From contig OX597820.1 of NCBI GenBank assembly GCA_951406725.2, positions 95,604,001-95,668,000 on the forward strand: DNA of 64,000 bases, written 5' to 3'. Below, one piece after another: positions 13,253 through 25,640 of the stretch (the stretch's first letter is position 1; each line of letters opens with the position of its first letter). A program made the translations under genes and the position numbers. Source of the DNA: Octopus vulgaris. Its lineage: Eukaryota. The notes below the pieces were generated by a model. The model did not search any database and had not been told where the DNA came from. It saw only the letters and a program-made list of their open reading frames with translations.

Positions 13253-14747
13253 AAGTAGATATGAATTAGAGTAACAGGTCCATTATGCGTTGCATTAGAT
13301 ACATATATACATACCTACATACACACATACACATAAATGATTATATTACGCAGACCAAGCCCGGATTACACAGTTACTGGGCTACATAATAAATTATTAG
13401 TAATTAATTAAAGTATTTCAACTTTTATTTAATGAAGTTTATCAGGCTCTTTTGAATAAAAATACGTCAAACAATCAGCATTATTGTATCATTGTTGTGT
13501 TAGCCCTGGGTCAGCTTCGACTAATGAAGCTTACTATGAAAAGCCACTAGGTATTTTTTCATATATCAAAAAATAGAAAGTTTCCAATATTCATCGCCTA
13601 TAAAGTGCTGCATTCATAATCTTTCCTTTTTTTCTCACTTTCAGATGAATGGAAATATCCGAAAATTCGAAACGTTTGACTCTACACTGCCCACATCAAA
13701 TAAATATACCGAATATTTCTATTTACCAAGTGTTGCAGACGCAGGTTATAATCATCTTATCCATTTAGTTATCAATTACTATATTTTCCAATGTTTTCCT
13801 TCCTGTATTTTAAAGATAGTATGATGGGGCTACTATTTCTAACAGATCCAGTAACTACGTAGATGCATAGACTCTCGTCGGCGCCTTTAATATTTACGCT
13901 CGTGAAGTATAAATTAAGATGCTAGTTCCTCGTATGTTAAAACAACACCACTTTTTCAAACACCAAGTGAATGGAATAACAGTGTACCTCTCTTGACATA
14001 CACGCCATTTTGAAGAGCTATGAAGAAGAAAGTAATATTGCTTTTTGTTTGTATTTTGGCAATTATATTAGCAAATATAGATCATATAAGAATCCTATAA
14101 TAACCCCCAGGATAACGAATATATCCCTAAGGAATGAATTACAATTAAAGGTTTTAATGAATATGAGTTTCAAATACGAAATATAAACATCGTTTAAAAT
14201 AATTATATAAAATACTTTTCATTAAGTTGAATGAGATTTAAAGTCCCAATGCTCATTAATGCATTTAAAAAGCTACAAATCAATGAAATAATTTTTACAA
14301 ATTCATTAGTAGTCGTCAGGGACTTAGATTACAAGCCAAAGTGCATTGCATTCCATCACCGACACATTGCTGTATCTGTAGTACATCAAATTAACTTCCG
14401 TTGTCTCCTCAAACTTATATCGAAATAGTTGCCACGGCATGCACAACACATTTGAACAGCAGTAAATAATTTATACTGTAATTGGTTAGGTTAGCGGCAT
14501 TAATACTCACTAACGTGTCCTGCTTGATAAAGTTATCAGCATGAACGTGAACTCGATGAAATACCTGTGATAAAAGTAATATATTAATTGCGATGCATGC
14601 CATAAAAATTCATATTTTTCACCGACACCTCCTAATGCTTATTCGCAGAGGCCAGCTTCACCTTTCGTCCTCCCGGTATCGATAAAATAATGTAAAACTG
14701 AGGTTGAGTTTATCGACGTTTTACCCCAAATTCCTAGCTTTATGAGA

Positions 14748-14804
<57 letters not shown>

Positions 14805-14814
14805 TATTATTTTG

Positions 14815-14934
14815 TTTAGGTTGTATTATTGGATTGATTGTGTCTTGCATAGGATGTGGGCTGTTCCTAGCAGGGCTATTTTTGGGACGGTGTGTAGTTT
14901 TGAGAATCCAAGCATAGCTTCAATTATTATAATA

Positions 14935-14969
<35 letters not shown>

Positions 14970-14984
14970 TATCATCATCATCAA

Positions 14985-15041
<57 letters not shown>

Positions 15042-15205
15042 TCTTTTAAAAAGTAGAATATGGTCCGTTGTCTTCTGCTGAACCGAGGTCATCCCTTGAT
15101 CCTAGGGTCACAGCAGGTCCTCATCTCATGGAGAGTACACGGCATAAAATGTGTGCGGAACCTAGTAACACAATTTTCTGAAGTTCTATCACGTTAACAC
15201 TGCAA
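14815..15205 (-). mobile_element. Two short 3' fragments of R4/Dong-type LINEs in an (AAT)n/(ATC)n tract
   Basis: PKIALLGTAHIL and ELQKIVLLGSAHIL, the C-terminal motif of the endonuclease ORF. Confidence 0.75.
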
Positions 15206-15369
15206 GGGAGTTTGTTGAATGAAGGCCCTTTGTAGAGTGAAATATAAATTAAGATGCGAGTTCCTCGTATGTTAAAACAACACCACTTTTTCAAACACCA
15301 TGTTGTTGTTGGTATCCTTTTGTCTCGGGAGACAATGGAGTTGCGCATAAACTAATCCAGTCTGGTTTT

Positions 15370-15720
15370 TACATTTCATGTCCTCTCCAGTTTTGCGCAG
15401 GTCTGAGCTAGATGTAAGAAAATCCTGGGTAGACCAGTCGTCAGGATTCCTCTCTCGACCTTGCTGACGTAGTCCAAAGGAGTGTAGAACAATACGCTTG
15501 GCACCAGATTGGTTGCATGAGCTGCCGGAAGAGTGTCGAGTCGAACGCTAAGCCACCTACGGGGCTCCAATCCGGATTTCGTTGAAGGTTGTCACCTTTC
15601 TGTAACCCTGGATAGGGGCCCATACCGGGTACTGTCAACCGGAGCCAGCCGAGCCCGGGACTCGTGTCAGGCAGGGTCGTCACTCCCTGAAGTAGTGAAG
15701 AAAATCGCTACCCACTACCT
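15370..15720 (-). mobile_element. GC-rich segment resembling an RTE-clade LINE 5' UTR
   Basis: Sharp GC rise. AATCCGGATTGGAGCCCC and CCGGCAGCTCATGCAACCAATCTGGTGCC recall RTE 5' UTRs; this is from memory and unverified. Confidence 0.4.
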
Positions 15721-15759
15721 ACACAAGAATACTTCTCGACCAGACAACATACTCTGTTG

Positions 15760-15828
15760 TCAGCTGGGCATGCTATGTCTATGATCCAGCATAGTTTGTT
15801 TTCTTTCTCAATTAAGGCTATGTCTGGC

Positions 15829-15896
<68 letters not shown>

Positions 15897-16028
15897 CATT
15901 TGTTTCTTGATTTTTTGGAAGTAGGAATGTAACACCATTAACTAGCCAAGAGGGAATCATTCTAGGTTGTTGCAAATCATTGTTGTAAAGTTTTGTTAGC
16001 AGTTCATGGCTCTCAGGGAAGGCATTCA
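15760..16028 (-). mobile_element. Two R4/Dong fragments joined by (AAT)n
   Basis: KPDIALIEKENKLCWIIDIACPAD (endonuclease) and NAFPESHELLTKLYN..WLVNGVTFLLPK (same family as the 30.7-kb ORF). Confidence 0.8.
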
Positions 16029-16029
16029 T

Positions 16030-16587
16030 GAAGACACACAAGATGTCGAAATATCGTTCGCTAGATAACAATGACACTCTTCTTTTTATTTTGACTCTAT
16101 ATCATTAGGAGGAGTTACCTCAATAATTTCCATATGTACCAAAATGAAATAAATTGACAAATTTATTTTTTGAACAAGTTGAAGACAAACATGATGTCGA
16201 AATATCGTTCACTAGATAACAATGGCACTCTTCTTTTAATTTTGACTCTATATCTTCAGGAGGAGTTACCTCAATCCTTTCTATATTAACCAAAATGAAA
16301 TTAATTGACAAATTTATTTTTTGAACCAGTTGAAGACACACATGATGTCGAAATATCATTCACTAGATAACAATGGCACACTCCTTTTAATTTTGACTCT
16401 ATATCTTCAGGAGGAGTTACCTCAATCCTTTCTATATTAACCAAAATGAAATAGATTGAAAAATTTATTTTTTGAACCAGTTGAAGACACACATGATGTC
16501 AAAATATCATTCACTAGATAACAATGGCACACTTCTTTTAATTTTGACTCTATATCTTCAGGAGGAGTTACCCGAATCCTTTCTATA
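16030..16587. repeat. Tandem repeat, ~151-bp unit, ~3.7 copies
   Basis: Units start GAAGACA at 16030, 16181, 16332 and ~16483. Confidence 0.95.
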
Positions 16588-16596
16588 TTATTATTA

Positions 16597-16655
<59 letters not shown>

Positions 16656-16672
16656 GTTGTTGTTGTTGTTGT

Positions 16673-16994
16673 TGAGTGAGCGAGTAGTGCATGCCATCAA
16701 AGTGACACTGGGGTAAAATATATGAAGCCCAGTATACCCATCATGACTACTCGTCTGATAAGGGTACACTAGGCACATGCATCACAACCACATGTGCGCG
16801 ACATGGTCAGCCACTAAGGGACATGCTCAACTGGTTAAGGTCAAACAACTGACAAGTGAATCTGTGGTATTGAGCAGAATATTTGCTGTAGCCCATCTTT
16901 TATACCAAGACAAACCAATGTACATGATGACACTTCCAATCAGTTAAGATAAGAAGCCATGAGAGCCACTGCCTGGTACTGCATCAGGGCATTT
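16673..16994. mobile_element. Internally deleted copy of the ~550-bp (AAT)n-embedded non-coding element
   Basis: Same termini as the 29027 and 34927 copies. Confidence 0.85.
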
Positions 16995-17177
16995 ATTATT
17001 ATTATTATTCAGTAGTTTTATTTTTATTTTTATAGCTACTGAATAATAATAATAATAAATGCCCTGATGCAGTACCAGGCAGTGGCTCTCATGGCTTCTT
17101 ATCTTAACTGATTGGAAGTGTCATCATGTACATTGGTTTGTCTTGGTATAAAAGATGGGCTACAGCAAATATTCTGC
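16874..17177. repeat. Perfect inverted duplication: 142-bp arms, 20-bp spacer
   Basis: 16874-17015 pairs with 17036-17177. Confidence 0.95.
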
Positions 17178-17191
17178 AAATATTATTATTA

Positions 17192-17233
<42 letters not shown>

Positions 17234-17265
17234 GTAGTAGTAGTAGTAGTAAAAGTAGTAGTATT

Positions 17266-17773
17266 GAATGGGAGAGCAGTGCATGCCTTCAAAGGACGCT
17301 GGGATACAAATATACGAAGCCCAATATATTCATCATGACTACCCATCTGATAAGGGTATACCAGGCTCATACATCACAACCATATGTGTGTGACTTGCTG
17401 ATCTACTATCAAGATAAGCAGTGCATGACATTGTTAGAATTTTCTTCACATCAAGTAGCTCATCCCACTCAAAAGGTCCCTCAATAAAGGTTGTTTAAGG
17501 ATGTTGAACGAAAACCCCATGTTTCCAAAGGTGAACTATTCAAACTCCAAAGAATTCCTCTCAATATATATCTATGATGCTCCCCCACTACTTCTGCTCG
17601 TAATCAGAGTTGCACATATCCTTAGCCACCAAGGGACATGCTCAACTGGTTAAGGTCAAACAATTGACAAGCAAATCTGTGATACTGAGTTGTAGCCCAG
17701 CTTTTATACCAAGACAAATCATGTACATGATAACACTTCCAATCAGTTAAGATGAGAAGCTATGGGAGCCACT
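17266..17773. mobile_element. Older copy of the ~550-bp (AAT)n-embedded element
   Basis: Collinear with 34927-35485 but more diverged. Confidence 0.85.
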
Positions 17774-19145
17774 TTGTACCTGTCATAGAAAGATGTGCGG
17801 CTTGTCGTTCTACTGTTTTCTTAGCAAGCAGAACTGTAAATAGTTGGCTATTTTAAAATATTACAGACATTAACTCTTTTCTGTTTATATTCGACCATAG
17901 GTAAATACTACTAAACGGAGAGTCACAACGCCTGTCAGAACCTCACTAGTATAGAAAAGCAACGAGGGAAAAGAAGGAAAGGTACAAATTAATCACACAG
18001 AAAAACTGAGATATTTTCAAGGAGAAAAGTAACGATATTTTGATAATAAACATATTTCAAAAAGCAAGAAACGAAACAAGCAAATAATATATACATATTT
18101 TGCCTGCTGAACATAGCAAAAATATTTTAAATGTCATTAATAACAATGGAAGCAGTCTTCTTGATATTATTATTAACGTCATGAAAATTACTTCCACATA
18201 GTGACCAAAGTCAAAAAGGGACAAAAGTCGGAAAGTTCAGATGTTAATAGCTGTGGAACCTTATAAATTGCAATCTCTCCAGATGCTGATTTAATATTTA
18301 ATTTCTAAGAGTTCCATAGAATAATTGCTAGTAATATTCTAAGATTGATACAATCGAACACTACGAATGTTCTTTTTCTTTCATACGTTCTTAAACTTTC
18401 ACTTCCCCACAACTTTCACGAAATGTAAACCAATTGTTGTTGCTATTGTTGTCTGGTTCCAGATAACACATGATCAAACACGACCGATGACCAAAAGTGT
18501 TGCACCATGCAGCCTTTACGTATATTTAGCACAATATTGTCGAAGATATCCATTATATTTTGAAGAAATTAGGCTCTTTCTTCAAAGATGTACAGTGGCT
18601 ATTTATGGTAAATCTATAAGCCATATAGAAACCTCTTTGTTTGCTTCTCTAAGAAATATATTGAGGTTGAAGCAATCGAATGCAACTGTGAGGAAAAATA
18701 TTTGACCCTAAGATTTTGCGGAAATAAACTGATATTTAGCTTCATACGTACACAAATCTTAATTAAAACCAACTACAGAATTAACTCCCTATTTTCAAAC
18801 AATTATTCTCATGTCTAAATAACAATCAGAAAACCACCCCTCCTGGAATTAGAAAGACAAAAGGATAAAACGATATCAACAAATTGTTAGTTTAATTAAA
18901 TACGGCTGTTAAGTCTCCTACAGGATTTATTCCAAACAATTGATATTTTTTTTTAATGATTTCATTTCAAGAAAGATGTCTCTCGGGCATCATGGGCATG
19001 AGGTATGGCAAGTGCAGAGAGTAAGTTCTTTATGTTATAGTCGTTGTATTTTGCATGAAAGTCCAATCAGGAAATTAATTAAAAAGAAAACAAATGAAAA
19101 AAAAACGAGAAAGAGGAGTAAAGAACAAAGTAAGAGAAGAAGAAC

Positions 19146-19180
<35 letters not shown>

Positions 19181-19418
19181 AAGAAAGTGAGAGAAAAATA
19201 ATATACAAGACGTAGAAATAAAAGGAAAATGATGAGAAAGTGGAGAAAGAAAAGAACAAAGAGGAAACAAACAAACATAGAAACTAGTGCAAGATTATCT
19301 CATAATGTAGTCACATGATCATTTATCACCCTAGGGCACGAGTATTGTCGTATATATATAAATATAAATATATATATATATTTATGTATATATATATACA
19401 TATATATATATATTTATG

Positions 19419-19464
<46 letters not shown>

Positions 19465-20839
19465 TATATAATAAAATGAGAAAATAGAGAGGAAATTAAT
19501 TTTTTATCATTAGCTGTTTCAGTTCCAGACTTTCAGAAAATTAATTAATAAAATTAAGACTTATTTGAAAGTCGAATCTCTTCAGAAGTAGTTTAAGATA
19601 TACAAAATAGGTGTTCAATTGTTGCATGTTGAGTAAACGGCTGCAACACGTTAAAGAACATAGTTTAAAACATGGTATAGACCTTAGAAGGGGAGTAAGG
19701 TTGTGTATACTGGAGTTGTAAAGTAAGAATATAACAATATCTAGAGTGTTAATTACAAGAAAAACTAAAGTAGATATAATTGGTAAAAAAGTAATATTGT
19801 GATATTATGTCTATCTGTATTAACTCAATAGAAAATTAAGTATGTAATTTAATTCAAGTGTGGATAGTTATCATTATTATATAATTAAGGTGGAAGGCAT
19901 TCCAAGCAAACTATTACTTCTTATAAATATCGAAAGGGTTAAAAGACGAATAAGAGTATTAACTTAATGTTAGGGTACATAAAAATTATAAATTAAAAAC
20001 AAGAATAAAGTAAAACAAACAAAGCAAGATAGATACAGTGAAGAGTGAAAACAGATAGAGAAAAAAATAAATGAATAAAGACTTACAAAATATTACCTTT
20101 CACCCCTTAAAAATTTATTATTGAGCTAGACTAATATCGATAAAGACCTATTGGACAAACATTTTAAAATTTCATATATGCAACGTTCCCTTGGTTACAT
20201 ATCACATGTAAATATGTTAAGAGGCGCAGGTAAAGAGATGTAGTATTTAACAAATAAATAATAAATAAAAATTAAAGGAATAAATATATGCAAATAAACG
20301 TAATTATAAATGCTTAAATATGGGTCAATTTAACAAGTTAAATCAAAATTTATTAATGCAATTATTTAAATAGACCTCAAAACCAGAAATAGGTATTAAT
20401 ATAGAGGTAAAGAGCTAAAGAATAGCTGGGAATAATCTGAATTAGGGACATACTAAAGCGAAACAAGGTAGAAATAAATATATATAGCAGGTAGAAATAT
20501 ATATATATGTAAATATATAAATATATGGTGGTAAAGGCATTGTGCTCATGATCGCAAGATCTTAGTTTCGATTCTCAAACCAGCTTAATTTTATGTTGTA
20601 CCAGTTTAGTCAGCTGTTTACTAGGTAATACTACAATGATTGGCGTTCTATTCACGACGAATGTTTGTCAGTCTAATATGAGGTTATGAGGTTAGTATGA
20701 GATGTAACTAAAATTATATTAGCATGCAATATAATTCTCTTTGCTAGTATTATTATGATTTAATGCGGCGAGCCTAACCCATTCCCCAAAATTCCTGGTC
20801 TTGTGCCAAGACTTGAAACCAATATTGTTATAATTTAAA

Positions 20840-21360
20840 ACAGCGTGCTTGCAGAATCGTTGCTCTCCGGGAAAATTGCTTAGCAGCATTTCCTCCATCT
20901 ACACGTTCTGAGATCAGATGCCGATGGGGGTCGACTTTGTCTTTCATCCACTCGAGGTCGATAAAATAAGTATGAGTTGAACACTGGAGTCGATGTAATC
21001 GACTTAACCTCTCCTCCTGGCCTTGTGCCAAAATTTGAAAGCAATATTATTATTATAGATTTATATGTACAGATTCAATAATTAAAAAACATCATCAGTG
21101 TGAATATGTGGTTGGTAGTTTCATAATTTATATGTTGTAAGGCGGTGAGCCGGCTGAATCGTTAGCGCGCCGGGCAAAATACTTAGCAGTATTTCGCCCT
21201 TTCTTAAGTTCTGCGTTCAAGTTCCGCCGAGCTCGACTTTATCTTTCATAGGCTCGGAGTCGATAAATAAAGTACCGAATGAGCACTTGGGTTTGTGTAA
21301 TCGACTTAACCCCTTCCCTGAAATTGCTGGCCTTGTATCAAAATTTGAAACCAATATTTT
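20840..21360 (+). mobile_element. Two diverged tRNA-derived SINE copies
   Basis: GCAGAATCGTT head, GTTCAA B-box-like motif, GTCGACTTT..TCGATAAAATAAGTA core, CCTTGTGCCAAAATTTGAAA tail. Confidence 0.85.
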
Positions 21361-21845
21361 TATATTGTAAATGATGGTGGTATGAGAGAAACGATAGAGG
21401 AACAAGCAAAATCCCTGGGTACATTTAGTTGCGTCACTTTATGGTAGATATCAAACTTTAAATGAATCAACTTTGCTTTCATCATCTAGGAAATGTATAA
21501 GTACTAGGTTGATTTAAATTATTTGTACTCCCCCTCTAAAATATGGAATGGGAAGGAGTACAAAGACAACTGTGTGTATACTTTGGAGGCATTCGATGAC
21601 CGTATAGGTAAAGAAACACACAGAATGCATCATGGAGTTTATTTAAGCTTCTTTAAGTTCTAAAATTCAAAACCACCGATATTAAATTCACCTTATAGCC
21701 ATTTGAGATCGATGAAGTGATTATCAAACAAATACTTGTATCAATATAATCAATTCACCCCTACATGAGGCATTATACCAATGTTAAACCTTGCGGTGTG
21801 CCTTCTGTCTCTGTATCTTGAGTTCAAATACTCAAAGGTCGACTT

Positions 21846-22063
21846 AAGGCTGTGAGCTGGTAGAATCGTTAGCACCCCGGGGAAAATGCATAGCGGCATT
21901 CGCCTGTCTTTATGTTCCGGGTTCACATGCCACCGGGGTAGACTTTGCCTTCTATCCTTTCGGGGCCGATAAAATAAGTTCCAGTCGAGCACTGGAGTTG
22001 ATTTAATCGACTTGGCTCCTTCCCTGAAATTGCTGGCTTCGTGCCAAAATCTGAAATCAATAT
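21846..22063 (+). mobile_element. tRNA-derived SINE
   Basis: Same head, core and tail as the other copies. Confidence 0.85.
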
Positions 22064-22238
22064 TTATATACAGTAAGTTTTTTTTCACTTTTTCATGAGT
22101 CACATGCTTTTATTTTCCTGTTTTTCTCTTATATATCCGTGTCTGTGAGTTTTCTGTGTAAACGTACATGTCTGTTTATGCTTGTGCACAATTTGATTTA
22201 TTCAGATATGTGAAATCAAACGTAATAGAATGTCTGAC

Positions 22239-22418
22239 CTTGTCGACAGATATTTGATCAGATTTCAATTAGTTTTTGATATTTCTGCTTTGAAGTCCAT
22301 TAGAATTTTACAATTCAAAGAATCGAGGAAGAGAAATTGTTTTGAATATTGTGTGCAAGGATAACTTGGATAAAATGCCAAACCCATTTAACAGATTTGT
22401 GTTTGATTGTAGTAATGT
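22239..22418 (-). pseudogene. Possible decayed LRR C-terminal cap exon
   Basis: AG/GT-bounded 180 bp. Fragments SVKWVWHFI, LDSLNC and GLQSRNI..LKSDQI fall in different frames; no frame is open. Confidence 0.25.
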
Positions 22419-22861
22419 CTAGAATATTTATGAGATGACTAAGGATAAGAATAAATCGTTTTAACATGCGTTAGTATTCATATACACGCTCGTATTATAA
22501 TATTTATGTGACCTTCCCGGGATTTTTTCTCTTATGTCTAAAGAAAAAAAAACATACTAGACACCCTAAACCGAATATCGATTCATAAACTGAAATGTAA
22601 ATTAGTACACGGCTGTTGATGGGTCACCACCGGATACATCGTCTTTTCAGGAGAATAATTTGTGAGCTAGTCAGCTTGACAGAATACATTCTGCTCTAGT
22701 CTGTTGACTACAGTTAGAGAAAACTAACAACGGGAAATGTGTTATCATTCAATCAGAAATAAAATTTAGCTTGAAGGCTTTGACTCTGGCATCTTATACC
22801 ATCCTATGACATTCGAATTTGTCATAGTGCGAAAAAAATGTTTTAAAATATATTCTAAACA

Positions 22862-23070
22862 GGAATACTGGCTTCAAATTTTGGCACAAGGCCAGTAATT
22901 TCGGGAGAGGGATCAGGTCGATAACATTGACACCGGTACTCAGTTAGTTTCATGGACCCCGAAAAGATGAAAATGAACTTTGGTGGAATTTGAACTCGGA
23001 ACGTAAAGGCGAGCAAAATGCCGCTGAGCATTTTACCTAGAATACTAACAATTCTGCCAGCTCGCCACTT
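22862..23070 (-). mobile_element. tRNA-derived SINE
   Basis: Reverse complement of the same family. Confidence 0.85.
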
Positions 23071-23262
23071 TCTTATAAAGATACATACGTGTAATATCGT
23101 TTGCTTTAGTGTGTACATTTTTATATATCTTTGAATGAACACCTTTGTCTCCTTTGCCTGTTGTAGTTATCGATTTATTTTAATACCTACATTCATATAA
23201 AGAAAATCTATATTTGATTAAGTAAATCAAATTGCATGCAATAGAAGTAATTACTTTAACAA

Positions 23263-24440
23263 CTAGCTGAGGTACCCGACGTTGTCCGGTATAATTCTCA
23301 TCGGAGTAGTCGTTCAAATGAACAGAAAGACTTCTGTCAAACATGACTATAGAATTAACAATTTACAGATATTGATCCTAAAGAGGGCCTTTAAACGTTC
23401 ACTATGAAATATCTCTGCGGCATTGCTGCCACCAAAGATGAATCCGATGGTAACAATTTAATCTTTAGTCAGGAGGATTTAAAAGTTCGCTACTCCATTT
23501 GTAGGACATGTTATTTCTAGAAGTTAAAATGCTTTGCTGCGACCATAATATGAACTTTAAAATTGGTCCAAAGGGGCTCACTGCTCTCCCTAGGGGATTC
23601 CTTATCACTTATTCAGGTGATAACGAAAGTGCGGTACTTTATCTTATGGCAGGCAATAACCATAATAAACTCCCGAGGTTCTGATGCTGTTTTATTGTGG
23701 CGGTTTGAACTTTTATGGGTTAATGATTTAGGCTCATGTCCTTGAGGGGGTCCTCTTACTGAATTGAAATGGAAGTAAATGTGCCTCACTGTATCTTTAT
23801 CTGTAGTAAATGAATAACAACTGAGTCAAAATTCATTTTATGAGACTACCAGTTATCGAAGTTATGACCCTTTGCTGCATTACAATAGCAGAATTCAATA
23901 AATGACTCACCGGAGCTTACTACCCTCTGGGGTCCCCTTGCTTGTTCCACATATAAACAGTGTCTTGAACAACATCTTTAGGTAATGGTTAATCAAGGTA
24001 AAGTTAAAATCGAAGTAAACTTCAAACGTTATCAGGTATTAATACAGTGTTAATGTGAACTTCAATAGATAAGTTGAAGGGGCTTACTGCACCCCCAATG
24101 GGCCCCTTGATAAATTGAAGTAAAAGTTTACGTTCACTTTCCTCTGTGAGCCATGGGTAATCAATACGTCGAGTTTCGTGAAAACAAAACAACTCAAACA
24201 GTTATAACGTTTTGTTGTAGTGATGATATCAATTTCAACATTCATCAAAATCGGTTTAATGCCCACCAAGGGGTCCCCTATTTGAATTTGTGCGCAAGTG
24301 CCTGCCTGCAAATTTATTTGTAGGCCATAAGCAAATAAAAGATTAATTTTGGTGAAGATGTGAGGCAAACTACAGGAATTATGGGGCCTTTATGCAGTGT
24401 ACGATGTGTGACAAACATTTATCTTTCCAAATAAGTATTA
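23263..24440 (-). mobile_element. Non-autonomous Helitron-like element
   Basis: Minus-strand 3' end CCGGACAACGTCGGG hairpin, then TACCTCAG-CTAG|T. Decayed internal subrepeats of the TTTCATCAAAATCGG type. 5' boundary is approximate. Confidence 0.55.
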
Positions 24441-24685
24441 TCGGCCACAACTGAATCCATAAATGAGAAATCTTTTATTATTCCCTCATTTTGAAGTTAC
24501 AGGTCACGGTCAACTTTGACTGACGAGTTATTACACACACACATGTGTATGTGTGTGTGTTTATGTGTGTTTGAGTATTTGTGTATGTGTGTGTATCTGT
24601 GTAAATGTTAGCAATGAGCTAAAAGTATGAGGGATCAACACTGCATTGATGATGTATTCCTTTTATAGTAAGATATCAATGGGCA

Positions 24686-25105
24686 AAGCGGTGAGCAAGC
24701 AAAATCGTTACCGCACCGGGCAAAATGCTTGGCGGTATTTCGTCCGTCTTTACATCCTGAGTTCAAATTCCTGAGTTGCCTCTCATCGTTTCAAGGGTTG
24801 ATAAAATAAATACCAGTTGAACACTGGAGTCGATGTAATCGATTTACCCACTCCCTTGAAATTGCTGGTCTTGTGCCAAGCTTTGAAATCTGTGTGATAC
24901 TAAGGGGCAAGGCTGAATCGTTACTGCGCAAAATGCCTGGCAGCATTTCGTCCGTCTTTACATTCTGAATTTAAATTCCGTCGAGGTTGACTTTGCTTAT
25001 TTCCTCTTCGGGATTGATGAGATAATTACCACTCGTGCCCTGGGGTCGATGTTTTTCCCTCCCGCCAAAATTTCATACCATGTGCCTATTGTAGAAAAGT
25101 ACATT
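24686..25105 (+). mobile_element. Two adjacent diverged SINE copies
   Basis: Same head and core motifs. Confidence 0.8.
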
Positions 25106-25327
25106 ATACTAATGGTTTCATGCTAATGTCTTCACAGTTTTTCAGTGATAGCAAGTCTCCTATCTTGTCACACACGCACGCGCGCATCCACACTCATTAC
25201 ACCAAAGGTTCAGAATTGTTCATTGTTATAATAATTTAAACTTCTTGCGTTTATAACTGTATTACTCTGCAGAAAATGTTGCAAGCTACTGTTTCATTCT
25301 TTCCACAAAGCCATCATTACCTCATTG

Positions 25328-25640
25328 TGAAAGCGCGTGGCTTAGTGGTTAGGGTATTCAGCTGACGACTATAAGGTCGTAAGTTCGATACCGACGGCGC
25401 GCTGTGTCCTTGAGCAAGACGTTTTATATCATGTGGCTCCAGTCCAATCAGCTGGCAAAAATGTAAATCAAACATCCAGCCTTGTCATAATCAATGTCAT
25501 GTTGAGTCCCCTGAAAACTACATGAAAGGTACGCGTGTCTGTGGAGTGCTCAGCAACTTGCGCTTTACTTTCTCAAGCAGGCTGTTCCGTCGATCGGATC
25601 ATTTGGAGCCCTCGTTGTCACAACCGACGGAGTGCTAGTT
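25328..25640 (+). mobile_element. Second tRNA-derived SINE type
   Basis: A box TGGCTTAGTGG, B box GTTCGATAC, then GTGTCCTTGAGCAAGAC. Relatives near 20526, 36143, 38800 and 53910. Confidence 0.75.

Noticed and set aside
18185-18310. Extra minus-strand exon (KLNIKSASGEIAIYKVPQLL...)
   Set aside because: No recognisable domain and no convincing donor site.
25332-25400. tRNA gene (also at 34596 and 54190)
   Set aside because: A/B boxes are present, but there is no complete cloverleaf and the sequence continues into SINE body.
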